Below are positions 11,630-22,123 of a stretch of 64,000 nucleotides of DNA, piece by piece. Under the pieces are notes generated by a model. It made no database searches, was not told the origin of the DNA, and saw nothing but the letters and a program-made list of their open reading frames with translations. The stretch lies in IMG/VR virus record IMGVR_UViG_3300047356_001345; one strand, given 5' to 3'. The position numbers and the translations under genes were made by a program. The DNA comes from an uncultured virus (IMG/VR IMGVR_UViG_3300047356_001345). Its lineage: Duplodnaviria > Heunggongvirae > Uroviricota > Caudoviricetes. Each line of letters starts with the position of its first letter. Position 1 is the first letter of the stretch.

Positions 11630-12235
11630 ATGATAGAAAAAGAACATAACGGTGTACACATAGAGGGTCATATTAAAATATATAACCCTGAATCAGGTTT
11701 TGTGTTTGTAGACAAACGCAATGCAATTCATTATGAAAATATGAGTATCAGTCTTGCTGAAAGTTTAGGCAATATTGGACAAGGTTTTATTAGTGAAATG
11801 AGTTTTGGTAATGGAGGAACAATAGTCGATCCAACTGGAATCATAACATATCTTACTCCTAACAGCACTGGTACAAACGCAAGCTTATATAATCAAACCT
11901 ACACCAAAGTTATAGATAGCAACAATGTAAATAATACTGATCCTACAAGAAATAAAATCGAAACCAGACACGTAAGCGGAACAAATTATACAGATGTAGT
12001 CGTGAGTGCTCTACTTGATTACGGCGAACCAGATGGACAAGATGCATTTGACACAGCAGCAGATACAGAACAACAATTTGTATTTGACGAACTAGGTTTA
12101 AGAGGATATAGTTCAAGTGGAACGGGTAGACTTATTACACACGTAATTTTTCATCCTGTGCAAAAATCATTAAACAGACTTATCCAAATAGACTATACTG
12201 TAAGAGTTCAGAGCCTTAGCGGAGGTAATAGCTAA
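11630..12235 (+). CDS. Virion baseplate/tail-fibre attachment protein (201 aa)
   Basis: Preceded by TAAATA and AAGGA. C-terminal pattern FDELGL...LITHVIFHPVQKSLNRLIQIDYTVRV resembles phage fibre-anchor domains. Structural context. Confidence 0.55.
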   Translation: MIEKEHNGVHIEGHIKIYNPESGFVFVDKRNAIHYENMSISLAESLGNIGQGFISEMSFGNGGTIVDPTGIITYLTPNSTGTNASLYNQTYTKVIDSNNVNNTDPTRNKIETRHVSGTNYTDVVVSALLDYGEPDGQDAFDTAADTEQQFVFDELGLRGYSSSGTGRLITHVIFHPVQKSLNRLIQIDYTVRVQSLSGGNS

Positions 12236-14262
12236 TGGCATATGAAATTCCATTTACAGATGAGGCAAACAAAGGTACCATCACTGTAGAAGATAGTAGT
12301 ATTAATACTGATACAAGTTTACAACTTATAGGAAGAAATTTAACTGACTATGGAAGTAGTGTTAATACAAACTTCTTAAATATGTTAGAAAATTTTGCTA
12401 ATCCAAATCCTCCAGGTAATCCTGTTGAAGGACAGTTATGGTATGATACAACTGCCGGTATAGACCAATTAAAAATTTATGACGGCACCCAATGGGTTGC
12501 TGCAGGCGGCGTTAAAAAATCAGCAGTACAACCTGCCGTTGATAATAGTACAGTGGGCGATATTTGGGTAGATACTGAAAATAGTCAAATGTATATCTAC
12601 ACAGGTAGCGGGTATGTGTTAGTAGGACCAAGTTACAGTAGTGCAGCTATAACCGGCGCTTTATCGATCTCAATTGATAGAGCCGACGACACTCCTGCAA
12701 AACAAGTTACAGCAATTTATAGTGAAAATGTGATTGTTGCATTAATAAGCGATGAAGAATTTGCACCAAAAAGTAACATTGCTGGCTATACTTCATCTTA
12801 TCCACTGAAAATTGGTATTAATTTAAATAGATCTTTAACAAGTGTTCTAAATGGTACAGCCGAACAAGCTAATAATCTTGTTATAAACAACTTGCCAGTG
12901 TCTGGAACAAGTTTTGTAAGGAACGATGCAGAAGCAGGAAAACAAACTATCAATGCTCCTATTAGAGTAAGCGATAACAGAGGTATAGAATTTGGTCAAA
13001 CAAAAACATTAAGTGTTTTTGTAGAGGATTCAGATAGCGTATTAGAACATTTTGGAACAGGTACACTTGATATTAGATCAACTGTTACACAAACACCTGC
13101 TATCAGAGTGAAGCCAACCGAAAGTGTAAACACAGTTGGTATTAACAATGCGAGTCCTACTGAAGCATTAGATGTTACTGGAAACTTATTAGTAAGTGGA
13201 ACAATTAAAACTGCTGATACAACAAATTCAACTAGTAGTATTACAGGATCGATTACAACACCCGGTGGTATTGGCGTAGCATTAGATGCACACGTCGGCG
13301 GTACACTCACAGTAGCAAGTAATATTACAGCAGAAAACATTATTCCAGAAAACAATAATACACATAATTTAGGTACTTCGGCACTTTATTACGACAATCT
13401 TTACGCCAATAGACTTAATACAACATCTATTCAGCCTAAAGCAGGTAGTAGTTTAAGTATAACAGGAACGCTAACTGGATCTGCAACTAGTGCAGGAAAA
13501 TTAAATAGTGCAACAACATTTAGACTTGAAGGTGAAGTTTCGGCAGATAGCTTTTCGTTTGATGGACAAACTGGCGGATTAACAAAAACACTAGCAAACA
13601 GTGTTATTGATCCTACATTTGTAACAAACAAAGGCGCTTTACCTAGTGCTATTGTTGGATCAGACGAATTTTTAGTTGCTAGAGGAAGTAATTTATATAA
13701 AACAACACAAAGTGATATTATTGGAAGCATACAAACAATTCCAATTGGCACAGTTACACCATATGCTGGAACAACTGCTCCTTCGGGATGGTTAATATGT
13801 AATGGTGATTCGTATATTACAACTACATATAATTTATTATTTGATGTTATTGGCACAACATATGGCGATGCAGGCGGAGGAACATTTAGAGTTCCTGATT
13901 TAGCAGGTAGACATCCTGTAGGTTTACTCGGAAGTCCATCAAATAATAATAATAGAATTACTTCAGGTACAGGCACAATAGGTGGTGTAAGTGGTAATCC
14001 TACTTCAACTATTGCAGAATCTAACTTACCAGATCACACTCACTCACTAGACAGTGACACAGGCGATCAATTTTATGCAACTACAACTATTGCATCACAG
14101 ACAGGTTCGAATACAAGCGCAGGCGGCGGTGCAGCTGATGGTGCAAACGGTACTAAAATATCAACTACAGGTAGTATACCAGGTGCAACTAATACTCCGT
14201 TAAACACAACTGATCCATTTGTAGCAATGAATTATATTATATATACGGGGCAGATTATATGA
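12235..14262 (+). CDS. Tail fibre protein with tail-collar domain (short-fibre-like)
   Basis: Collar motif IPIGTVTPYAGTTAPSGWLICNG...LFDVIGTTYG...FRVPDLAGR at ~13738-13923; C-terminal PFVAMNYII; N-terminus shared with the next two genes. Confidence 0.85.
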   Translation: MAYEIPFTDEANKGTITVEDSSINTDTSLQLIGRNLTDYGSSVNTNFLNMLENFANPNPPGNPVEGQLWYDTTAGIDQLKIYDGTQWVAAGGVKKSAVQPAVDNSTVGDIWVDTENSQMYIYTGSGYVLVGPSYSSAAITGALSISIDRADDTPAKQVTAIYSENVIVALISDEEFAPKSNIAGYTSSYPLKIGINLNRSLTSVLNGTAEQANNLVINNLPVSGTSFVRNDAEAGKQTINAPIRVSDNRGIEFGQTKTLSVFVEDSDSVLEHFGTGTLDIRSTVTQTPAIRVKPTESVNTVGINNASPTEALDVTGNLLVSGTIKTADTTNSTSSITGSITTPGGIGVALDAHVGGTLTVASNITAENIIPENNNTHNLGTSALYYDNLYANRLNTTSIQPKAGSSLSITGTLTGSATSAGKLNSATTFRLEGEVSADSFSFDGQTGGLTKTLANSVIDPTFVTNKGALPSAIVGSDEFLVARGSNLYKTTQSDIIGSIQTIPIGTVTPYAGTTAPSGWLICNGDSYITTTYNLLFDVIGTTYGDAGGGTFRVPDLAGRHPVGLLGSPSNNNNRITSGTGTIGGVSGNPTSTIAESNLPDHTHSLDSDTGDQFYATTTIASQTGSNTSAGGGAADGANGTKISTTGSIPGATNTPLNTTDPFVAMNYIIYTGQII

Positions 14263-16232
14263 GCTATAGATTAAACAAAACCGACGGTACATTATTAACA
14301 GAATTAATTGATGGTAAAATTGATAATACAACGACTGATTTAACTTTTATAGGTAAAAATTATCAAGGATTTGGTGAATTAATAAACGAAAACTTTATTA
14401 AATTATTAGAAAGTTTTGCAAATGTTTCTGCACCTGCAAAGCCTATAAAAGGACAAGTTTGGTTTGACACTGTTACTGATAGATTAAAAGTATACGATGG
14501 ATCTACATTTAGAAGCACGGATAGCAGCGTTGTAAGCGGCACTGCACCGTTGGAAAAAGTTGTAGGCGATATTTGGATAAACAGTGCAAATAATCAAGTC
14601 TATTTTTGGGACGGAACCGACTGGATATTAATAGGCCCTCAATATACAAAGACACAGGGATTGAGTGGAATAAAAGTTGATACTATAAAAGACTCATTTA
14701 GTTTAGATAAAACAATTGTACTTTTTTACGTAGCAGGAACACCATTAGCAGTATTAGCAAGAGAATCATTTACCCCAGGGCTCGAACTTGCAGGTTTTCC
14801 TAATTTAAGAATGGGATTAAATATTAACAACTCGTATAGCTCATTTATATTTGATGGTGTTGCTGATAAAGCTCTTGCAATTACTGACGAATTTGGTACT
14901 TCTTTTACGGTTGATAGTTTTGTAAGTGCTACCGATACTAATGGCGATACAATGGTAGGCCCGTTACTTATAAACAATGTTGAGGGATTAAAAGTAGGTA
15001 CTGTTTCATCAGGACAAAATATACAAATTAAAGCAGCAGGCACTGGTTCAGAAATTATAAATTTACGAAACGGCGGCGATTTAGAAGTAAAGCTTTCTAA
15101 AGTAGCAAGCACATACTATTCAGCATTAAAATTTGATGCTACAAATAATAGATTAGGAATATTTAACAATGCTCCTGATCCAACAATATCAAGAATAGAC
15201 AGTGAAGGCGATCCAGTAGCTGCAATTACACAAGGTGTTGTAATTGGTACTAACGGAGATCAACACAATCTAATAGTAAATGGAGATTTGCGTGTTGCTG
15301 GCGAACTACGTGTTGGCACACAAACAACAGAAGATGTTAAATCCTTAAGAATAGCAGATAAAAATATTCAACTTGCTATTCCAGAGGATAGTACACTGTT
15401 AGATAGTTCTAGCGAATTTATTGATGATGCAGGGTTGTTAATCGAAACTACAGGTGGCAGTATAAAGTGGACATATAGAATTGGCACACTAGCCTGGACA
15501 ACTGAAGATAATATCGATATTGCAGATATAAATGGTGCTTATATGATGGACGGTACACCATTATTAACTAGAACTGCACTTGCTGCAACTGTCACAGATG
15601 CACCCGGACTTGTTAACATTGGTACATTAGGAAGTATCACAGTTGATAATATTGGTATTGATTCAAACAGAATTACAAACACAGCAGCAAGTATTGAATT
15701 AGCATCCAACGGACCAATTGAAGTGGTAGGCACACCAGTTGAAATAAAAGGTGTAAAAACTCCAATAAGTCCGAGAGCTGTTGCAGAAAACCCGGCACTT
15801 ACAGAATCAGACGCTGATGCGGTAGCAACAAAACAATATGTTGAAACTGAAATTGGTGCTAAAACACTTGTTTTTGGTCTTGATCTTACTGGACTAACAA
15901 TAGCAATTAACAATGGCGCAGGTGTAAACAATGATGTATTATTAATTTTAACTTCATTAGTTGATCCTTCAACAATACCTAATGGTACGCAAGCTGCAAT
16001 ACACGGTAGTAGTATAGCACCATCAGGAACTGATACTGCGGATGTGAATGCAGAATTAAATAAAAGTTTTACGGCTGTGGATAGCGGCGGTACACAAAAC
16101 GTTAGTGTATTACAAGACTTCAACATTAGTCCTGTACCGATAGCGCCAACATTTACTGTCACAAGGTATACTATTAAATTTAAAGTAGTTGCCGGAACTT
16201 GGGAACACGTATCAACAGTAGCGTATCCATAA
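14259..16232 (+). CDS. Tail fibre protein, paralogue 2
   Basis: Shared N-terminal module (TTDLTFIGKNYQGFGELINENFIKLLESFA...PIKGQVWFD); ATKQYVE fibre motif; G/T/S-rich. Confidence 0.75.
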   Translation: MSYRLNKTDGTLLTELIDGKIDNTTTDLTFIGKNYQGFGELINENFIKLLESFANVSAPAKPIKGQVWFDTVTDRLKVYDGSTFRSTDSSVVSGTAPLEKVVGDIWINSANNQVYFWDGTDWILIGPQYTKTQGLSGIKVDTIKDSFSLDKTIVLFYVAGTPLAVLARESFTPGLELAGFPNLRMGLNINNSYSSFIFDGVADKALAITDEFGTSFTVDSFVSATDTNGDTMVGPLLINNVEGLKVGTVSSGQNIQIKAAGTGSEIINLRNGGDLEVKLSKVASTYYSALKFDATNNRLGIFNNAPDPTISRIDSEGDPVAAITQGVVIGTNGDQHNLIVNGDLRVAGELRVGTQTTEDVKSLRIADKNIQLAIPEDSTLLDSSSEFIDDAGLLIETTGGSIKWTYRIGTLAWTTEDNIDIADINGAYMMDGTPLLTRTALAATVTDAPGLVNIGTLGSITVDNIGIDSNRITNTAASIELASNGPIEVVGTPVEIKGVKTPISPRAVAENPALTESDADAVATKQYVETEIGAKTLVFGLDLTGLTIAINNGAGVNNDVLLILTSLVDPSTIPNGTQAAIHGSSIAPSGTDTADVNAELNKSFTAVDSGGTQNVSVLQDFNISPVPIAPTFTVTRYTIKFKVVAGTWEHVSTVAYP

Positions 16233-16237
16233 AACAA

Positions 16238-16244
16238 ATAAATA
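16238..16244 (+). promoter_or_regulatory. T4-late-like promoter motif ATAAATA
   Basis: In the short intergenic gap before GAGGA and ATG 16264. Confidence 0.5.
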
Positions 16245-16263
16245 TACTATATGAGGAACAAAG

Positions 16264-17769
16264 ATGGCATACATAATTAACAGATTTAGCGGAGAGCAAT
16301 TACTATCGCTTGAAGACGGCACAGTTGATAATACAACTGACTTAAAATTAATTGGTAAAAACTATAGTGGTTATGGAGAGGCGCAAAACGAAAACTTTTT
16401 ATTTTTACTAGAAAGTTTTGCAGGTTCGACCAGTCCAAGCAAAGCACTTAGCGGACAAGTTTGGTTTGACAGTTCAACAAACAAACTAAAATATTACACA
16501 GGAACAACTTGGAAAACAGCAGGTGGAGCAGAAGTAAGTTCTTCACAACCAGCAGGCCTTGTTGAAGGGGACCTATGGTATAATAGTAATACAAATCAAT
16601 TATTTGCAAGAACAAGTGCAAATGAATTTATTTTAGTAGGACCTCAAGCAGCAGGATCAGGAACAACACAATTATTAAGTACAAATGTTGCATCAGCGCC
16701 ATCAGATGTAACTGTGCCAGTTATAATTGCATTAATCGATAACAATCCAGTTTATATGATTAGTGATGCAGCATTTACACCTAGTAGCAATCAACCAGCA
16801 TCATTAGATGATTATGATATTCCGGGACATTTTCCGGTAGTAAAAAAAGGTATTACATTAATTAGAACACCTAGTACAGGTATTACAGGTGTAGACGATG
16901 ACACAGTTTTGCCTTACTTTTGGGGATCAGCAAGTAATGCTCTCAAATTTGATGGTTTAGATTCTAGTGAATTTATTAGATCTGCAGGCGCAGGCACAGC
17001 CGTTAATTTTCAAGACGATGCAGGTATAAAAATTGGAGATAGTTTAGACTTCCAAGTACACGTAACTAACGGCAATGAAGCAACATTATCTAATTTAATT
17101 GGCGATGAAATAAAATTTCAAACATACACATCAGGTACTGGCTTACTAGAAATTGCTAGATTTACAAATGGAACAGATATTGCACTAATCCCAGGTATTG
17201 ACAATGCTTATACAATTGGAACATCTAGCGCACGTTGGAATACAGTACACGCAACTACATTTAATGGCACAGCTACAAAAGCCAGTGCATTAGTTGTAGA
17301 TGGTGTTGATAGAACTGGCTCTATAAACGCAGATGCTAATACAGTAGCAGTCAGAGATGCAAACGGTAACTTAGTTGCAAATATTTTTACTGGTACTGCT
17401 ACTCGTGCTAGATATGCTGACCTTGCAGAGAAATATACCACTGCTGAAGAATTGCCAGCAGGTACAGCAGTTGCAGTATGCGGACATCCAGATCACGAAG
17501 TAGAACCAGCAAAAGCAAGTGATATGTGTATTGGTGTAGTATCTACAGATCCAGCTGTAATGATGAACAGTGATGCAGACGGTCAATACATTGGTTTAAA
17601 AGGAAGACTTCCTGTAAGAGTTAAAGGTCCTATTGCAAAAGGTCAGGCAGTATATGCTTGGGAAGATGGTGTTTGCGGCACTATACAAACAACCGCACTT
17701 GTTGGAGTAGCATTAGAATCTAATGACAGTGAAGACGAGAAATTAGTTGAGTGTGTTTTGAAAACATAA
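16264..17769 (+). CDS. Tail fibre protein, paralogue 3, with C-terminal Peptidase_G2-type autoproteolytic chaperone domain
   Basis: Same N-terminal module; C-terminal YADLAEKY...GVVSTDP...LKGRLPVRVKGPIAKG...GVALE. Confidence 0.8.
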   Translation: MAYIINRFSGEQLLSLEDGTVDNTTDLKLIGKNYSGYGEAQNENFLFLLESFAGSTSPSKALSGQVWFDSSTNKLKYYTGTTWKTAGGAEVSSSQPAGLVEGDLWYNSNTNQLFARTSANEFILVGPQAAGSGTTQLLSTNVASAPSDVTVPVIIALIDNNPVYMISDAAFTPSSNQPASLDDYDIPGHFPVVKKGITLIRTPSTGITGVDDDTVLPYFWGSASNALKFDGLDSSEFIRSAGAGTAVNFQDDAGIKIGDSLDFQVHVTNGNEATLSNLIGDEIKFQTYTSGTGLLEIARFTNGTDIALIPGIDNAYTIGTSSARWNTVHATTFNGTATKASALVVDGVDRTGSINADANTVAVRDANGNLVANIFTGTATRARYADLAEKYTTAEELPAGTAVAVCGHPDHEVEPAKASDMCIGVVSTDPAVMMNSDADGQYIGLKGRLPVRVKGPIAKGQAVYAWEDGVCGTIQTTALVGVALESNDSEDEKLVECVLKT

Positions 17770-17790
17770 GTATATAAAAGGTGAAAGTAT

Positions 17791-18972
17791 ATGGTAAATC
17801 AAATAATTTCTGCTGCAAGGTACAATTTTTTACAATCAAGAATTGGTAATCTTTTAGGAGTAGGCGTTGGAACTAGCGGATATAATCAAGCAGTTAGTTC
17901 ATCTCAAGTTCCTCAAGAAAATGTGGTATTAGCAACTGAAATGAATGCATTATATGCAGACCTTATAAAAATTAGAACTCATCAAATTGGTACCGAACCG
18001 ACATCATTAATTAAGCAAGTTAAGGATAATACCACACAAATTAGTATCGCAAATGCATCCATTAACACAAGTAACTCTAATGTTGTAACAATACAAACAA
18101 ACGAAGCACATCTTCTTATTGAAGGAATATGGGTAGACTATATTATTGGTGTGCAAGGAATGACACAACTTAATGGTGTCTCAGGCTATGCAAAAGTTTT
18201 AAGTGCAACTGAATTTGAATTATATGATGCATATGACCGAACATCAGGTACCCCATTAACATCTCCAATAGGCGATCCTAGTTGGGGAGCATACATAAGC
18301 GGAGGTGCGTTTTTGCATACAATTGGTGAAGAATCATATCAAACTTATGAATCATTAACCACAATATGTGAAAATGCGAAATTTAATGTAGATGCTACAC
18401 AAGCCGATCCGGCCATCAAAGACACAGCAACAAGAACAGATTTATGGGGCGGAACAGCAACACCTCAGCAAGTTATACACGAATTTCAAGTTACATTTGC
18501 TGATAGTAATGCACGTAGAGGATTTTTTAACGCAGGTGGCGAATTAAGATTTACAAGTAGTTTAACAGGACTTCCTAACAGCGGTACAGTGAATTATCAA
18601 AAATCAGTAGATTGGGCTGCTATGCTTTCAAATATGGGAACTATAAAATTTAATTTTGCTGATACAACAAGTTCTAATAATAATGGAACAGGCAGCACTA
18701 TTGGTAATTATGAGTTGACAAGCACATATCAAGTAGTGTATACTAAAACAGGTAGCGGAGTGTACATCGAAAATGATTATATTATATACGCTAAAGAAAA
18801 TAGTTCAAAACAAATACAGTTTAAGATTGAATTTACTGATGATGCAAACGGTTCTGGCGGAGCAGATGAAAGAGTAGAAGGCGAGTTGAGCAGTGTAATC
18901 TCTGAATATCGTTCAACAGGTCCATATGTTGAAAATTCATCTCCTACAATTACAAGAATACAAATGTTATAA
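17791..18972 (+). CDS. Virion structural protein with an inserted E1-FCCH-like beta domain
   Basis: Shares NARRGFFNAGGELRF...DW...MG core with the next gene; insertion AHLLIEG...GVQGMTQLNG...FELYD. Confidence 0.6.
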   Translation: MVNQIISAARYNFLQSRIGNLLGVGVGTSGYNQAVSSSQVPQENVVLATEMNALYADLIKIRTHQIGTEPTSLIKQVKDNTTQISIANASINTSNSNVVTIQTNEAHLLIEGIWVDYIIGVQGMTQLNGVSGYAKVLSATEFELYDAYDRTSGTPLTSPIGDPSWGAYISGGAFLHTIGEESYQTYESLTTICENAKFNVDATQADPAIKDTATRTDLWGGTATPQQVIHEFQVTFADSNARRGFFNAGGELRFTSSLTGLPNSGTVNYQKSVDWAAMLSNMGTIKFNFADTTSSNNNGTGSTIGNYELTSTYQVVYTKTGSGVYIENDYIIYAKENSSKQIQFKIEFTDDANGSGGADERVEGELSSVISEYRSTGPYVENSSPTITRIQML

Positions 18973-18981
18973 GGAATACAA

Positions 18982-20067
18982 ATGGCAGTCGGAACACCAA
19001 TATTAGCATCAGACTATAACGGCATCCATAATCTGATGTCGCCGATTGTTGGTCCTACTACTAGTAATGTTGATTTAGGATATGGACGTACACTTTTAAG
19101 TGATTTAGTTGTCGGCGGCAGTACCCCTGGCGTTAGCGATGTAATTACAAGTTTACAACAATACGATTTATGGAAAGATTTGCAAGCGGGACATATACAT
19201 CAATTTGCTACTGATAATACAAGAATAGCATTGAATAGGGTTGATGTTGGCGATATAATTCAGTGGGCCAATATAACAGATTTTACTTTGTTTGTCAATG
19301 ATGTAATATCTTTCAACAGAGATACAACAGAATTTCCTTCTGCAAATTTTGACGAAGCAGGTATGCTAACCAGTAGTTCTACAACTGTAACAAGCACAAG
19401 ATCAACTGCTTGGGGCACAGGCGGAACTTATAGAATCGGACATAGAGTTACTGTAAGTTGGAGTAGTGCGAATGCACGTAATCATTTTTTTAATGCAGGT
19501 GGACAAATAAGATTTGATGCTAGTCTCACAGGAGGAACAACTGGTACTACAAATAGTAAAGATTGGGACTGGAATAGAATACTAGCAGAAATGGGTAAAA
19601 TACGTTTTTGGAAAAAAGCAACAAATTATTTTACAGAATCATTAGGAACAGGCGGAACTGGTAGCGAATATGCACTAGGTTCAATAAGCACAAACAGTGC
19701 AACTAGTGGTGGGTTTTTTAATAGTGCTACTAGGTTATATACAAAAGTAGGCGGCGGTGTCTCAGGAGGCAACACAGGAGCAATTCCTGTAGAACAAATT
19801 TATGATGATAACGAATATCAAATTAATTTAGTTATCCCAAACGACAGTCAAATGATATTTGAAATTATATTTGATGACAGTGATACAGGTACAGGTTATC
19901 AGGTAGAATCAGGCGAGCAAGGTTCGCCCACTGATGAACAAGTCGGCGGCACAGTGACAAGTAATCTTTATACTTTTACTCCTAATAGTACATTTAATAT
20001 CGGTGCAAGCACATTTAATGCTATTGTACAAACACCACCAACAGGTGCAGTAGATAGTTCACTTTAA
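18982..20067 (+). CDS. Virion structural protein, paralogue of 17791-18972
   Basis: NARNHFFNAGGQIRFDASL...KDWDWNRILAEMG; S/T/G-rich; AAGGA SD. Confidence 0.6.
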   Translation: MAVGTPILASDYNGIHNLMSPIVGPTTSNVDLGYGRTLLSDLVVGGSTPGVSDVITSLQQYDLWKDLQAGHIHQFATDNTRIALNRVDVGDIIQWANITDFTLFVNDVISFNRDTTEFPSANFDEAGMLTSSSTTVTSTRSTAWGTGGTYRIGHRVTVSWSSANARNHFFNAGGQIRFDASLTGGTTGTTNSKDWDWNRILAEMGKIRFWKKATNYFTESLGTGGTGSEYALGSISTNSATSGGFFNSATRLYTKVGGGVSGGNTGAIPVEQIYDDNEYQINLVIPNDSQMIFEIIFDDSDTGTGYQVESGEQGSPTDEQVGGTVTSNLYTFTPNSTFNIGASTFNAIVQTPPTGAVDSSL

Positions 20068-20070
20068 CCT

Positions 20071-20099
20071 TTGACATTTATCAAATTTTGTTATATACT
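20071..20099 (+). promoter_or_regulatory. Sigma70-type promoter at the start of the enzyme island
   Basis: TTGACA-17 nt-TATACT immediately after the last structural gene. Confidence 0.8.
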
Positions 20100-20125
20100 A
20101 TACTAGGTATAGTTAGGAGAAAATT

Positions 20126-20473
20126 ATGGACGAACGTCTTGAAAAAGCCCTTGAGATAAGCAATTATATGGTTACCTTGAATAATCAAACAAGAATCTTA
20201 AAAGAACAATACAAAGAAAATCTTGTTTTGTATTACAAAGGCGGTCAATTTTCCATTACTCGTGAACTTATAAGTTTTTGTCAAAGCTTACTTTCATTAA
20301 AACAAGAGTCAACTATTATTATTGATGATAATGATATACCTGTTGAATGCGAAGACTTACAAGAATTTACAAATGCAATTCTTAATAATTATCAATCATA
20401 TTCAAATAGATTCCTAACAGAATACAATAAACTTATGAATGAAAGATCTGTTGAAAGTATTATGAATTTATGA
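20126..20473 (+). CDS. Hypothetical protein (115 aa), first gene of the enzyme island
   Basis: Clean ORF with AGGAGA SD downstream of a sigma70-type promoter; function not recognisable. Confidence 0.6.
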   Translation: MDERLEKALEISNYMVTLNNQTRILKEQYKENLVLYYKGGQFSITRELISFCQSLLSLKQESTIIIDDNDIPVECEDLQEFTNAILNNYQSYSNRFLTEYNKLMNERSVESIMNL

Positions 20474-21288
20474 GTCAAGGTGTACTATTATTTGCATTTA
20501 ACAATGAAAGTATAAATTACGTAAACCAAGCTATTTTTTGTGCGAACCGCATACAAAAATATCTACAATTACCTGTGAGTTTAGTAACCAATGTTGACGT
20601 TGACAACAAGTGTTTTGATCAGATTATAAAAGTAGAAGATGGATTAACAAGCAGAAAAGCATACCGAGATGGTTCATTAAACAAACGTGTTCTTAATTTT
20701 AACAATTACGGCAGAGAGCATAGTTTCGACTTATCTCCTTATGAAGAAACTATTGTAATGGACACTGATTATATAATAGCAAATGATAAATTGTTAAATT
20801 GTTTTACACAGCAAAAAGATCTTTTGTTATACAAAGATGCAACACATTTAGGAATACACAATGGCACACCTGAATTTAAATCTATTAGTGACGGCGGCAT
20901 AGATTTTTATTGGGCTACTGTAATATATTTTAGAAAAAACAACACAAGTGAAGTTTTTTTTAATTTAGTTAAACATATAAAAGAAAATTATATACACTAT
21001 AGAGGTGTGTATCAATTTAAAAATACTGTGTACAGAAATGATTTTGCATTTAGTATAGCAGTGCATATACTATCTGGATACACAGAAAACAATTTTGTTG
21101 GTACAATACCTGGCAAAAAGTTTTATGCAATTGATAGAGACATACTTCTATCAATAAAAGACGATGCATTTGATTTACTAGTAGAAAAACGAGACAGACT
21201 TGGGGAATACACTTTTGTAAAATTTAAAGGCAGTAATTTACACGTTATGAATAAGTTTAGTTTAGCGAGAGTTATCAATGAGCAATAA
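20470..21288 (+). CDS. GT-A fold glycosyltransferase-like protein (GT8-like)
   Basis: SPYEETIVMDTDY DxD motif; YWATVIYF; RNDFAFS. Confidence 0.65.
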   Translation: MSQGVLLFAFNNESINYVNQAIFCANRIQKYLQLPVSLVTNVDVDNKCFDQIIKVEDGLTSRKAYRDGSLNKRVLNFNNYGREHSFDLSPYEETIVMDTDYIIANDKLLNCFTQQKDLLLYKDATHLGIHNGTPEFKSISDGGIDFYWATVIYFRKNNTSEVFFNLVKHIKENYIHYRGVYQFKNTVYRNDFAFSIAVHILSGYTENNFVGTIPGKKFYAIDRDILLSIKDDAFDLLVEKRDRLGEYTFVKFKGSNLHVMNKFSLARVINEQ

Positions 21289-22123
21289 CTTTACAATGCT
21301 TGCACAGAACACAGATGTTGATTATGTACAACAAGCATATTTAAATGCTATGAGTATTCGTGCTACTAACGAAAATGCAAAAATATGTTTAATAACCAAC
21401 GATACAGTGCAAGACAAATACAAACAAATTTTCGATGATATTGTAGAAATACCTTGGGGAGATCACGCTAAAGATAGTGATTGGAAAATAGAAAATAGAT
21501 GGAAAACATATCACGCAACTCCATATGACGAATCATTAGTTATGGATACTGATATGCTTGTTTTGCAAGATATTAGCAGTTGGTTTAACTTTTTAAAAAA
21601 CTATGATTTGTTTTTTACAAGTAATGTTTACACTTATAGAAACGAACTTGTAACAAATGATTACTATAGACACACATTTGCAAAAAACAAACTACCAAAT
21701 CTATACAGTGGATTACATTATTATAAAAAATCAGATACTGCACACGAGTTTTACACCTGGCTAGAAATGATAACAAATAATTGGCAACAATTTTATAGAC
21801 AACACACCGGCGGTAAAATGTATCAACGTAAATGCAGTATAGATTTATCAAGTGCTATTGCTGTAAAGATTATGGGCATAGAAAGTCAAGTAACAAACCC
21901 ACGTGCTAAATATCCTAGCTTTGTACATATGAAGCCAAGAATACAAAATTGGCAAAACAGTGTAGTTGATAAATGGCAAAATCGTGTAGGCACATATTTA
22001 GGTGAAGACTTGCAACTTAAAATAGGCAATTATACACAAGCTGGAGTTTTTCATTATACAGAAGATGACTTTGTAGTTGACCGTATAATTAACATATATG
22101 AAAAGTATTTAGGAATACAATGA
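21278..22123 (+). CDS. GT-A fold glycosyltransferase-like protein (GT8-like), paralogue of 20470
   Basis: TPYDESLVMDTDM DxD motif; LYSGLHYYKK; C-terminal FHY. Confidence 0.65.
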   Translation: MSNNFTMLAQNTDVDYVQQAYLNAMSIRATNENAKICLITNDTVQDKYKQIFDDIVEIPWGDHAKDSDWKIENRWKTYHATPYDESLVMDTDMLVLQDISSWFNFLKNYDLFFTSNVYTYRNELVTNDYYRHTFAKNKLPNLYSGLHYYKKSDTAHEFYTWLEMITNNWQQFYRQHTGGKMYQRKCSIDLSSAIAVKIMGIESQVTNPRAKYPSFVHMKPRIQNWQNSVVDKWQNRVGTYLGEDLQLKIGNYTQAGVFHYTEDDFVVDRIINIYEKYLGIQ

